A stretch of 64,000 nucleotides of DNA, from the NCBI GenBank assembly GCA_965263065.1, contig CBDHGH010000003.1, positions 1,564,537 through 1,628,536 of the forward strand, in the 5' to 3' direction. This stretch comes from Dehalococcoidia bacterium (GTDB lineage Bacteria; Chloroflexota; Dehalococcoidia; Bin125). The notes below the pieces were generated by a model that searched no databases, was not told where the DNA came from, and saw only the letters and a list, made by a program, of their open reading frames with translations. Position 1 is the first letter of the stretch. Every line of letters starts with the position of its first letter. The position numbers were made by a program, and so were the translations under genes. Shown here in pieces: positions 27,536-36,807 of the stretch.

Positions 27536-29173
27536 CTACTCGGGCGGGCGCGCCGGCTGGGCGTCGGGGTGGTCGGCCATCTCGCGCATGAGTTCGGCGC
27601 GGGTGCGGGCGCGGACGGAGGGGAGGAAGGCGGCGATGACGAGGGCGATCGCCATGACGCCGGCCCCGATCAGGAACAGCTCGGTGAGGGTGCCGGCGAG
27701 GGCCCCGCGCGCGGTCTCGATCACGGCGTCGGCGGCGCCGGGGGCGGTCGCCTCGACGGATGCGCGGAAGCGATCGAGTGCCTCCGGGTCGAGCAGCGTC
27801 TGGGGCCGTTGCTTGAGCGTCTCGTAGCCGTCGGGGAAGGCGCGGCTGAGTTCACGGCTGAAGCCGCTGGCCATCAGCGATCCGAAGATCGCGACGCTCA
27901 CCGATCCCCCGATCTGGCGGAAGAACTGCGTGGAGGCCGTGCCGACGCCGAGCAGCCGGTGCGGCAGGGCGTTCTGGATCGCGAGCCCGTAGAGCGGCAG
28001 CCCGACGCCGACCCCCAACCCTATGACCACCATGAAGCCGCGCGTGAGCAGGCGGGAGGAATCGACCTCGAGGGTGGAGAGCAGCACCGGCCCCACGACC
28101 ATCAGCGTGCCGCCGGACAGCGCCAGCGGGCGCAGCCCCACCCCGCGGGAGAGCAACTGCCCCGTGACCACCGAGCCGACAACGATGCCGACCATCATGG
28201 GCATCGTGACGGTGCCGGAGTTCGTCGCCGAGACTCCCTGCGCGCCCTGTAGGAAGAGAGGCATGAACTGGATCGCGCCGTACATCGCGAAGCCCATGGT
28301 GATCGTGACGAGCGAGGAGACGAAGAAGACGCGGTTGCGGAACAGCGCCAGCGGGAGGACGGCCCAGTCGCCGGCGCGCCGTTCGGCCCAGACGAAGAGG
28401 CCGATGAACGCCGCCGCCAGGAGGAAGCAGAGCACGATGCGCGGGTCGGTCCAGGCGTACTGGTTGCCGGCCCAGGAGAAGCCGAGCAGCAGCGGTATGC
28501 CCGCCGCGATCACGGCCGCGCCCCCCAGGTAGTCGATGGGCGCCTTGCGGGGACTGCGGAACCAGGGCATCCAGATCGCGACCACCGGCAGCGCGACGAT
28601 CGCCACGGGCACGTTGATGTAGAACACCCAGCGCCAACTCAGCTCATCGGTGAGGGCGCCGCCGACCAGCGGTCCGATCACGCTGGCCAGCGCGAAGGTG
28701 GCGCTGACCGCGCCGACCCAGCGACCGCGCTCGGCGGGCGAGAAGAGGTCGCCCAGCGTCGCGAAGACGTTGGCCATGATGAAGCCCGCGCCCAGCCCCT
28801 GGATCATGCGGAAGCCGATCAGCGCGGTCATGGTCTCGGACAGCCCTGCCAGCACCGAGCCGGTCAGGAAGATCGCGACGCCGGCGAGCATGAACGGCTT
28901 GCGGCCGTAGACGTCGGACAGTTTGCCGACGACGGGCAGGATCACCGTCGAGGCGAGGAGATAGGAGGTGATCGGCCAGGCGAAGAGGTCGAGCCCGCCG
29001 AGGTCGGAGACGACGCGCGGCATCGCCACGGACATGATCGTCGAGTCGAGCGCCGCCAGGAACATCGACAGCATGATCGCGACGACGATGAGCACCTTCT
29101 GCCGGTGCGGGAGGAAGAGGCCGGGCGGCAGGTCGGGCGGCGCCCCGGCCGGGGGGCCGGATTCGTCGGCCAT
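27536..29173 (-). CDS. MFS DHA2 (14-TM) efflux transporter
   Basis: LDSTIMSVAMP, GKLSDVYGRK, GPLVGG, WRWVFYIN. Confidence 0.92.
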   Translation of the reverse strand: MADESGPPAGAPPDLPPGLFLPHRQKVLIVVAIMLSMFLAALDSTIMSVAMPRVVSDLGGLDLFAWPITSYLLASTVILPVVGKLSDVYGRKPFMLAGVAIFLTGSVLAGLSETMTALIGFRMIQGLGAGFIMANVFATLGDLFSPAERGRWVGAVSATFALASVIGPLVGGALTDELSWRWVFYINVPVAIVALPVVAIWMPWFRSPRKAPIDYLGGAAVIAAGIPLLLGFSWAGNQYAWTDPRIVLCFLLAAAFIGLFVWAERRAGDWAVLPLALFRNRVFFVSSLVTITMGFAMYGAIQFMPLFLQGAQGVSATNSGTVTMPMMVGIVVGSVVTGQLLSRGVGLRPLALSGGTLMVVGPVLLSTLEVDSSRLLTRGFMVVIGLGVGVGLPLYGLAIQNALPHRLLGVGTASTQFFRQIGGSVSVAIFGSLMASGFSRELSRAFPDGYETLKQRPQTLLDPEALDRFRASVEATAPGAADAVIETARGALAGTLTELFLIGAGVMAIALVIAAFLPSVRARTRAELMREMADHPDAQPARPPE

Positions 29174-29373
29174 GGTCACCTCGCCCGTCCCAATGTCGCG
29201 CCTCGCAGACGGCCAGTGCGTCGCTCGCCAGTGTGTCACCTCCGCGGGCCAGTCGCCTCAGGGGCCAGTCGCGCAGGACGCGCTCCGGGCGCCGGGGTAA
29301 AGTATTCTTGCCTCCGGCCTCCGGCCGACGGCGGCCGGAGGCATCGCGGAGGACGGCGGCGAGGGAGGCACAG

Positions 29374-30861
29374 ATGAGCGATCCCATCCGCAGCGTCGTG
29401 GTCGTCGGCGGCGGCAGCGCCGGCTTCCTGGCGGCGGTGACGTTCCGGCGCCTGCTGCCGCGCGTCAAGCTGACGGTCGTGCACTCGCCCGACATCCCAG
29501 TGATCGGCGTCGGCGAATCCACGACGCCCGCGATCCCGCTGCACATCCACGAGATCCTCGGTATCGATCGGGGCGAGTTCCATCGCGAAGTGCGGCCCAG
29601 CTGGAAGATGGGGCTGCGCTTTGAGTGGGGCGCGGCCGACCTGCCGCACTTCAACTACACGTTCGACCAGTACCTCGACAAACCGGTGCGGGGCCTCGGC
29701 AAGTGGGCCGCGTTCTACTGTCTGGCCGACAACAAGGACTCCAGCGCCTTCCAGGCGTTCATGGATCGCGACAAGGCGCCCATGCTGCAGCGGAGCGGCG
29801 GGTTCTCGCTGGACCCGCGGGCGACCTATCACCTGCCCAACACGCGCTTTATCGACTTCCTGCAGCGCAAGGCGGAGGCGGCCGGTGCGACGCTGCTGGC
29901 CGACGAGGTGGTCGGCGTCACGCAGACCGAATCGGGCGACGTCGCCAGCCTGCGCCTGAAGAGCGGCCGGGATCTGAGCGGCGACCTGTTCATCGACTGC
30001 TCCGGCTTCGGCTCGCGACTGCTGGGCAAGACGCTGGGGGAGCCCTGGCTGAGCTACCAGGACACGCTGTTCTGCGACCGCGCCGTGATCGGCTCCTGGG
30101 AGCGCGACGATCTGATCCGCCCCTACACGACGGTGACGACGATGGACCACGGCTGGGCCTGGCGGATCGACTTCCCGGAGGTCGTGACGCGGGGCTACGT
30201 CTTCTCGTCGGCGTTCTGCTCGGACGATGAGGCGGCCGATGAACTCAAGGCGAAGAACCCCGAACTGGGCGAGGACCCGGACCTGCGCGTGCTGCGATTC
30301 CCGAGCGGACGCTACGAGCGGCACTGGGTGCGGAACGTCGTGGCCGTGGGCAACGCGTCGGGCTTCGTCGAGCCGTTGGAGGCGACGTCGCTGCACCTGA
30401 TCATCGAGCAGCTCTACAACCTGACCTGGGCCCTCCGGGACGCCGACGCGCGGCCCAGCCCCGAACTGCAGGATCTGCTCAACGTGCGCTTCGGGCTGGT
30501 CTGGGACGACGTGCGCGACTTCCTGGCGCTGCACTACAAGTACAACTACCACAGCGACACGCCGTTCTGGCGTCACTGCCGGGAGGAGACGCCGCTGGGC
30601 GGCGCCGCCGACCTGGTCGACGCGTACGGCCGCATCGGGCCGTCGCGGCTGCTGGGTAACCTGCTCGCGGGCGGCGGTATGTTCGGCTACGGCGGCTACA
30701 TGGCGATGCTGGTCGGGATGCAACTGCCCACGGAGATGCGCACCACGCTCAGCGACCGCGAGGCGAAGGCCTGGCGGTCGCATCGGGACACGCATCGCAA
30801 GGCGGCGACCTTGGCGCCGCCGATGCGCCGGGCGCTGGCCAACGCGCACCGAATGTTCTGA
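29374..30861 (+). CDS. Flavin-dependent halogenase (tryptophan halogenase family)
   Basis: GGGSAG, IGVGESTTP, catalytic Lys in WKMG, FIDCSG, GWAWRI, FVEPLEAT. Confidence 0.9.
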   Translation: MSDPIRSVVVVGGGSAGFLAAVTFRRLLPRVKLTVVHSPDIPVIGVGESTTPAIPLHIHEILGIDRGEFHREVRPSWKMGLRFEWGAADLPHFNYTFDQYLDKPVRGLGKWAAFYCLADNKDSSAFQAFMDRDKAPMLQRSGGFSLDPRATYHLPNTRFIDFLQRKAEAAGATLLADEVVGVTQTESGDVASLRLKSGRDLSGDLFIDCSGFGSRLLGKTLGEPWLSYQDTLFCDRAVIGSWERDDLIRPYTTVTTMDHGWAWRIDFPEVVTRGYVFSSAFCSDDEAADELKAKNPELGEDPDLRVLRFPSGRYERHWVRNVVAVGNASGFVEPLEATSLHLIIEQLYNLTWALRDADARPSPELQDLLNVRFGLVWDDVRDFLALHYKYNYHSDTPFWRHCREETPLGGAADLVDAYGRIGPSRLLGNLLAGGGMFGYGGYMAMLVGMQLPTEMRTTLSDREAKAWRSHRDTHRKAATLAPPMRRALANAHRMF

Positions 30862-30948
30862 GGCTGTCGCGCGGCGGGCACACGACCGCCGGCTGGAGGC
30901 AGACGCACACGACGGGCGACGCCCGCCAATGGATTTGCGAGGCAAACG

Positions 30949-31746
30949 ATGGATCTGCAACTCGAGGGACGGGGCGCCATCATCACCGGCGGCAGCCGCG
31001 GGATCGGCAAGGCGATCGCGGCGGCGCTGGCGGCCGAGGGGGTCGACGTCGTGCTGGCGGCGCGCACCGAGGCGCCGCTGGTCGAGGCGGCGCGCGAGAT
31101 CGCGGCGGCGAGCGGGCGGCGGGCGATCCCGATCGTCTGCGACACGGGCGACGACGCGGCCGTGCGGCGCATGGTCGAGCAGGCGGCGGCGGAGTTGGGG
31201 CGCATCGACATCCTGGTCAACAACGCGGCCCAGCCCGCCGGTCAGGGCCGGCCGCCGTCGCTCGACGACCTGGACGACGTGTTCTGGCAGGACATGAACG
31301 TCAAAGTGCTGGGCTACATCCGCTGCGCCCGCGCCGTCGCGCCGCACATGCGGGCGCGGGGCTGGGGGCGGATCATCAACATCAGCGGCCTGGCGGCGCG
31401 GCAGTCGGCGGCGGTCGTGGGGAGCATCCGCAACGTGGCCGTCGCTGCGATGGCGAAGAACCTGGCCGACATGCTGGGTCGGGACGGGATCAACGTGACC
31501 GTCGTGCATCCCGGCCTGACGGTCACCGAGGCGACGCCGGGCGTTCTGGCGGCGCGGGCCGCGAGCACGGGCCGCTCGGTCGACGAGTTGCGCGCGGAGG
31601 CCTTCGAGAGCAACGCCGTCCGCCGTGCGATCGATGCGTCGGACGTCGCGAACGTGGTGACGTTCCTGGCCTCGCCGCTGTCCGTCGCGATCTCCGGCGA
31701 CGCTATCGCCGTCGGGGGCGGCGTGGGGCGCGCGATTCACTACTAG
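30949..31746 (+). CDS. SDR family oxidoreductase
   Basis: TGGSRGIG, LVNNAA; canonical YxxxK is absent. Confidence 0.85.
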   Translation: MDLQLEGRGAIITGGSRGIGKAIAAALAAEGVDVVLAARTEAPLVEAAREIAAASGRRAIPIVCDTGDDAAVRRMVEQAAAELGRIDILVNNAAQPAGQGRPPSLDDLDDVFWQDMNVKVLGYIRCARAVAPHMRARGWGRIINISGLAARQSAAVVGSIRNVAVAAMAKNLADMLGRDGINVTVVHPGLTVTEATPGVLAARAASTGRSVDELRAEAFESNAVRRAIDASDVANVVTFLASPLSVAISGDAIAVGGGVGRAIHY

Positions 31747-31820
31747 CCGCCGGGGGGCTACCTTTCGTCGAGACGTTGCGCGGCGGCGGCGAATCCGGCC
31801 GTCGCGCGTGGTACGCAGCG

Positions 31821-31840
31821 GCATCAAGTCGCATCAAGTC
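31821..31840 (+). repeat. 10-bp tandem repeat upstream of the NIPSNAP gene
   Basis: gcatcaagtc x2 followed by a degenerate atgaagt. Confidence 0.6.
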
Positions 31841-31859
31841 ATGAAGTAAGGAGCCCGCC

Positions 31860-32180
31860 ATGTTTTTCGAACTGCGCCAGTACACGCTGTGGCCCGGCAA
31901 GCAGGCCGCCTTCGTCAAGCTGATGGACGAAGTGATCATCCCCTTCCAGACCTCCGTGGGCATGGACATCCGCGGCAGCTGGGTGGCGGAGGAGGACGAG
32001 ACCCAGTTCTTCTGGATCCGCGCCTTCCAGAGCGAGGCCGAGCGGGAGCGTCTCTACGCCGCCGTCTACGACAGCGACACGTGGAAGAACGAGGTCGCGC
32101 CGCAGCTGCCCGACATGATGGATCGCGAACACATGGTGATCACGCGGATGCTGCCCACGCCGCGCTCGGCGATGCAGTAG
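31860..32180 (+). CDS. NIPSNAP family protein
   Basis: FELRQY..PG, FFWIRAF, PTPRS. Confidence 0.85.
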   Translation: MFFELRQYTLWPGKQAAFVKLMDEVIIPFQTSVGMDIRGSWVAEEDETQFFWIRAFQSEAERERLYAAVYDSDTWKNEVAPQLPDMMDREHMVITRMLPTPRSAMQ

Positions 32181-32235
32181 GCGTCGGGGCGGGGCGGGAT
32201 GGGTCGTCGGATCTGAGGCCGAGGAGTGGATCACG

Positions 32236-33279
32236 ATGCCCACACACACGCTTGACGCCGTGCAGCTGGGCCGCAACAGCGGGCTGAGCGTCTCCGAGTT
32301 GTGCCTGGGCACGATGAACTTCGGGGAGCCGGGCCGCGGGCATCAGGGCGATTGGACGCTGGGCATCGACGACGCCCGGCCGATCTTCAAGGCCGCCATC
32401 GAGCAGGGGCTGTTCTACTTCGATTGCGCGGACGTGTACGGCCAGGGGGCGTGCGAGCGGGTGGTGGGGCAACTGCTGCGCGAGCTGCTGCCGCGGGACG
32501 AGTTCGTCATCGCGACGAAGATCTCGGGGCCGATGGGCAAGGGCCCGAACCAGGGCGGGCTGTCGCGCAAGCACGTGATGGAGGCCGTCGACGCCTGCCT
32601 CGAGCGGCTGGGGCTGGACTACATCGACCATCTGGTCATCCACCGGCACCCGAACGGCGTGCGCGGCCACGCCGAGTTGCCGATCGAGGAGTCGCTGGAG
32701 GCGCTGCACGACGTCGTGAAGGCGGGCAAGGTGCTGTACCTGGGCGCGTCGTCGATGTTCGCCTGGCAGTTCGCCGAGCTGCAGCTGACGGCGAAGCTGC
32801 ACGGCTGGACGCCGTTCGTCTCCATGCAGAACCACTACAACCTCGTCTACCGCGAGGAGGAGCGGGAGATGAACCCGTATTGCGCGCGCAGCGGCGTGGC
32901 GCTGATGCCCTGGTCGCCGCTGGCGCGGGGCGTGCTCACCGGGTCGTACCGGGGCGGCTTCGACAAGGGGGCGACGGAGCGCTCGCGGGGCCGCGACCGG
33001 GCGCGCACCGAGGGCCTCTACAAGGGCGCGGCGACCTTCGCGATCGCCGACCGCGTCGCGGAGGTGGCGGAGAAGTACGGCAAGACACCGGCGCAGATCG
33101 CGCTGGCCTGGATGATGAACAAGCCCGAGATCACGTCGCCGGTGGTCGGGGTGTCGAAGATCCCGCAGATCGAGCAACTCGTCGAGGCGACGAAGATCCG
33201 GCTCGACCCCGCGGACGTGACCTATCTCGAAGAGCTGTACGAGCCGGTCGAGAACCTGCTGTCGATCGGCACGTCCTGA
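32236..33279 (+). CDS. Aldo/keto reductase
   Basis: LCLGTMNFG, DCADVY, IATK, QNHYNL, PWSPLARG. Confidence 0.93.
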   Translation: MPTHTLDAVQLGRNSGLSVSELCLGTMNFGEPGRGHQGDWTLGIDDARPIFKAAIEQGLFYFDCADVYGQGACERVVGQLLRELLPRDEFVIATKISGPMGKGPNQGGLSRKHVMEAVDACLERLGLDYIDHLVIHRHPNGVRGHAELPIEESLEALHDVVKAGKVLYLGASSMFAWQFAELQLTAKLHGWTPFVSMQNHYNLVYREEEREMNPYCARSGVALMPWSPLARGVLTGSYRGGFDKGATERSRGRDRARTEGLYKGAATFAIADRVAEVAEKYGKTPAQIALAWMMNKPEITSPVVGVSKIPQIEQLVEATKIRLDPADVTYLEELYEPVENLLSIGTS

Positions 33280-33312
33280 CGGCCCGCCGGTCGGCCGCGC
33301 GCCGGCTCCGGA

Positions 33313-34950
33313 TCACCGGTAGTAGGCCAGGCGGTTCTCTTCCTTGGTCATGAACTCCAGCAGGGCCGGGCGGCCGGCATCGAGCTCCGCCAGCGCGCGT
33401 CGGATGGCGGGCACGATCTCCTGCGGCTGGTGGACGCGCTCGCCGTAGGCGCCGAGCGCCATCGCGAGGGTCGCGTAGTCGCCGTAGAGCTCCGTGAAGC
33501 CGTAGGTCTCGACGGCCGCCTGGTAGCGCGCCGGGTAGCCCGACAGCACCTGATTGTTGAGCACGACCGTTAGCACCGGCAGGTTCAGCCTCACGCCGGT
33601 CTCGATGTCCATGCCGGCCATGCCGATGGCGGCGTCGCCCATGATGTTGATCAGCGTGCGCTCCGGCGCGGCCGCCTTCGCGCCCAGCACCAGGCCCAGC
33701 GAGTAGCCCAGCTGGGTGGAGTTGCCCCAGCCCAGATAGCCGTGCGGCACCGTCGACTCCCAGGTGGGGATGAGCTGGTCCCGCGGGTGGCCGGAGTCGT
33801 GCGTGATGGTCGTGTTGTCGAGGTCGACGGTGTGCATCAGGTCCCACATCACGCGGTAGGGGTTGAGCGGCGTCTCGTCGGACGCGCGCAGCGGCATCCA
33901 CTCCTCGGTGAACTCATCCTTGATCTGCTTCACCTCGACGACCGCGCCGCCGTCGCGATGGCCGCCGGCGCCGGCCTGGCGCTGGACCTCCTCGATCATC
34001 TGCGCCAGGACCAGCTGGGCGTCGCCGATGATCGCGTGGTCGAGGTGGTGGTCCTTGTTGAGGTCGACGGCGTCGACCGTGGACTGCACCATCACCTTGC
34101 CGGAGGGGATGCGGGTGGAGGCGAGGTTGGTGGTGAAGCTCGCGCCGATGCCGAAGACCGCGTCGGCCCGGTCGAGGAAGTGCCGGGCCATCTTGGTCAT
34201 GGTGTGGGCCGCCGGGCCCAGGGCCAGCGGATGGTTCTCGGGGAAGGCGCTCTTGCCGGTGTTCGTGGTCGCGACGGGGGCGTCGAGGAGTTCCGCCAGC
34301 GTCGTCAGCTGCTCGCTGGCCTCGGCCCAGAGGACGCCCTGCCCGGCGAAGATGACCGGGCGCTCGGCCGCGAGCAGCGCCGTGACGGCGGCGCGCACGT
34401 CGGCCGGATCGCCGGCGCTGCGGTGCGGCGCGACGGGCCGGTAGTCGAGCGCCGCGGCGTCGACCTGCTCGGCCGCCACGTCGGCGGGGGTCTCGAGCAG
34501 GACCGGCGCGCCGCGACCGGTGCGCAGGAAGGTGTGGGCGCGACGCAGGAACTCGGGGATGCGCTGCGACTGATTGATCTGAGCGCTCCACTTGGTGATG
34601 CCGCGGTAGTGCAGCGGGGCGCTGAAATCGGGGTGCGACCCGGTCGCGTTGCGCGACGTGCCACCGGGCAGGACCAGGATCGGCACGGAGTCGGCGAAGG
34701 CGTGCGCGATGCCGCCGTACGCGTTCTCGATGCCGGGGCCCGCCTGCGTGACGACGACGCCGTTGCGGCGCCCGTTCATCATGCGCGTGTAGCCGTCGGC
34801 CATGTTGACGGTCGCGCGTTCGGTGCGCGACATCATGGGCTTGATGCCGATCGCCGCGGTGGCCTCGATGAGTTGGTTGTCGGGGAAGCAGAAGAGGTAT
34901 TCCGTCCCTTCCGCCTGCAGGATCCGCGCGATGGCGTCGTTGCCGTTCAT
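33313..34950 (-). CDS. Thiamine pyrophosphate-dependent enzyme (acetolactate synthase-like), paralogue A
   Basis: MNGNDAIARIL..EG, RTER, GDAA..M...NN; this is only the C-terminal part of ORF 33313-38580. Confidence 0.88.
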   Translation of the reverse strand: MNGNDAIARILQAEGTEYLFCFPDNQLIEATAAIGIKPMMSRTERATVNMADGYTRMMNGRRNGVVVTQAGPGIENAYGGIAHAFADSVPILVLPGGTSRNATGSHPDFSAPLHYRGITKWSAQINQSQRIPEFLRRAHTFLRTGRGAPVLLETPADVAAEQVDAAALDYRPVAPHRSAGDPADVRAAVTALLAAERPVIFAGQGVLWAEASEQLTTLAELLDAPVATTNTGKSAFPENHPLALGPAAHTMTKMARHFLDRADAVFGIGASFTTNLASTRIPSGKVMVQSTVDAVDLNKDHHLDHAIIGDAQLVLAQMIEEVQRQAGAGGHRDGGAVVEVKQIKDEFTEEWMPLRASDETPLNPYRVMWDLMHTVDLDNTTITHDSGHPRDQLIPTWESTVPHGYLGWGNSTQLGYSLGLVLGAKAAAPERTLINIMGDAAIGMAGMDIETGVRLNLPVLTVVLNNQVLSGYPARYQAAVETYGFTELYGDYATLAMALGAYGERVHQPQEIVPAIRRALAELDAGRPALLEFMTKEENRLAYYR

Positions 34951-35175
34951 GCCGTGTCTCTTCTCGTGTGCTGATTCCCGGCTGCGGTCAAGGCAGACCC
35001 ATTGGCCGGGCTGGATGGTGGCGCGAGGCTGAGGATAACGGGCCTGCCGCTTCCGATCCGCCCCCGTCCGTCGCGTGGGCGATGCTCCAAGGCGGCGCCT
35101 GGGATATCGTGGCGCGGCGCAAACCGCACCCGAGTCCCGGTCCCCGCTTCCCCCCGCCGACGAAAGGCTGGCCCC

Positions 35176-36807
35176 ATGAACGGCAACCAGTACATCGCCC
35201 AGATCCTGCACGACGAGGGGGTGCGGGAGATCTGCTGCTTCCCCAGCAGCCAGCTGCTTGAGGAGGCGGCCAAGCTGGGCATCCGGCCCGTCATGTTCCG
35301 GCACGAGCGCGGCGCCGTGATGGCCGCCGACGGCTTCAGCCGCATGAGCGACGGGGAGCGCTTCGGCGTCGTGGTGACGCAGAACGCGGCCGGGGCCGAG
35401 AACTCCGTGGGCGGTCTGTCGCAGGCCTTCGCCGACAACGTCCCCATCCTGCACCTGCCGGACGGTTACCCGCTGGCCGAACGCCAGGTGCGCCCGAACT
35501 TCTCGGCGGTCGAGAACTACCGCGGGATCACGAAGTCGGTGGAGTCGATCGACACGCCGCGGCAGATCGGCGCCGTCATGCGACGGGCCTTCCAGAACCT
35601 GCGCAACGGCCGCGGCGGACCGGTGGTCGTGGAGCTGACGCCGGACGTCTGCGCCCAGGAGGCGCCCGAGGCGGCGCAGCGCTACACGTCGCCCAGGAGC
35701 GTGCGGTCGCAGCCGGCGGCCGCGGAGATCGCCGAGGCGGCGCGCGCCCTGCTGGCGGCGGAGCGCCCCATGATCTGGGCCGGCGCGGGCGTGCTGATGT
35801 CGGGCGCGACCGACGCCCTGCGCCGGCTGGCGGAGCAGATGGGCGTGCCGGTCTTCACGACGATGGAGGGCAAGTCGTGCTTCGACGAGCGCCACCCGCT
35901 GTCGCTGGGCGCGGGCAGCAACGCCACGACCGGGCCCGCGCACGCGCGGATGCAGGAGTCGGACCTGGTGCTGGCGCTGGGCAGCAGCCTGTCGATCAAC
36001 TCGTACACGCTGCGCGTGCCGCGCGGCAAGACGGTGATCCACAACACCATCACGCCGGAGGACATCAACAAGGACACGGCCTGCGACATCGCGCTGGTCG
36101 GCGACGCGCGGCTGACCATCGAGGCGCTGATCGCGGAGGTCGTGGCGCAGGCGGGCGACGCCCCGCGCGACCTCGGCGCGGCCGCCGACATCGCGGAGCG
36201 GCGCGCGGCCTGGCTGGCGGATTGGACCGACGTGCGGGAGTCGGACGCGACGCCGATCAACACCTACCGCGCGATCCACGAGATCGATCGCAACATCGAC
36301 CACGAGAACTCGGTCGTCACGCACGACGCGGGCGCGATCCGCGACTCCATGGTGCCGTTCTTCACCGCCACGACGCCGCGCAGCTACATCGGCTGGGGCA
36401 AGACGACGCACCTGGGCATGGGCATCCCGCTGATGATCGGGGCCAAGCTGGCGCGGCCCGATCGCTTCTGCCTCAACGTGATGGGCGACGGCGCCTTCGG
36501 GATGTCGGGCATGGACCTGGAGACGTCGGTGCGGGAGCGGCTGCCGATCACGACGGTGATCCTGAATAACAGCGGCATGGCGACGTACCCCGGCCTGTTC
36601 CCCGTCGCGCGGGAGCGATTCGGCTTCACCAGCATGACGGGCGACTACGCGCGCATCGCGGAGGCCATGGGCGCGACGGGCATCACTGTCACGGAGCCCG
36701 CCCAGGTGGGCCCCGCGGTCCTGGAGGCCCGCCGTCTCAACGCCGCCGGCCGGACGGTCCTGATCGATGTGCACACCGACCACGAGGCGCGCAAGTCGCG
36801 CTTCTAG
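35176..36807 (+). CDS. Thiamine pyrophosphate-dependent enzyme, paralogue B
   Basis: MNGNQYIAQIL..EG, RHER, GDGAFGM...NN. Confidence 0.88.
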   Translation: MNGNQYIAQILHDEGVREICCFPSSQLLEEAAKLGIRPVMFRHERGAVMAADGFSRMSDGERFGVVVTQNAAGAENSVGGLSQAFADNVPILHLPDGYPLAERQVRPNFSAVENYRGITKSVESIDTPRQIGAVMRRAFQNLRNGRGGPVVVELTPDVCAQEAPEAAQRYTSPRSVRSQPAAAEIAEAARALLAAERPMIWAGAGVLMSGATDALRRLAEQMGVPVFTTMEGKSCFDERHPLSLGAGSNATTGPAHARMQESDLVLALGSSLSINSYTLRVPRGKTVIHNTITPEDINKDTACDIALVGDARLTIEALIAEVVAQAGDAPRDLGAAADIAERRAAWLADWTDVRESDATPINTYRAIHEIDRNIDHENSVVTHDAGAIRDSMVPFFTATTPRSYIGWGKTTHLGMGIPLMIGAKLARPDRFCLNVMGDGAFGMSGMDLETSVRERLPITTVILNNSGMATYPGLFPVARERFGFTSMTGDYARIAEAMGATGITVTEPAQVGPAVLEARRLNAAGRTVLIDVHTDHEARKSRF

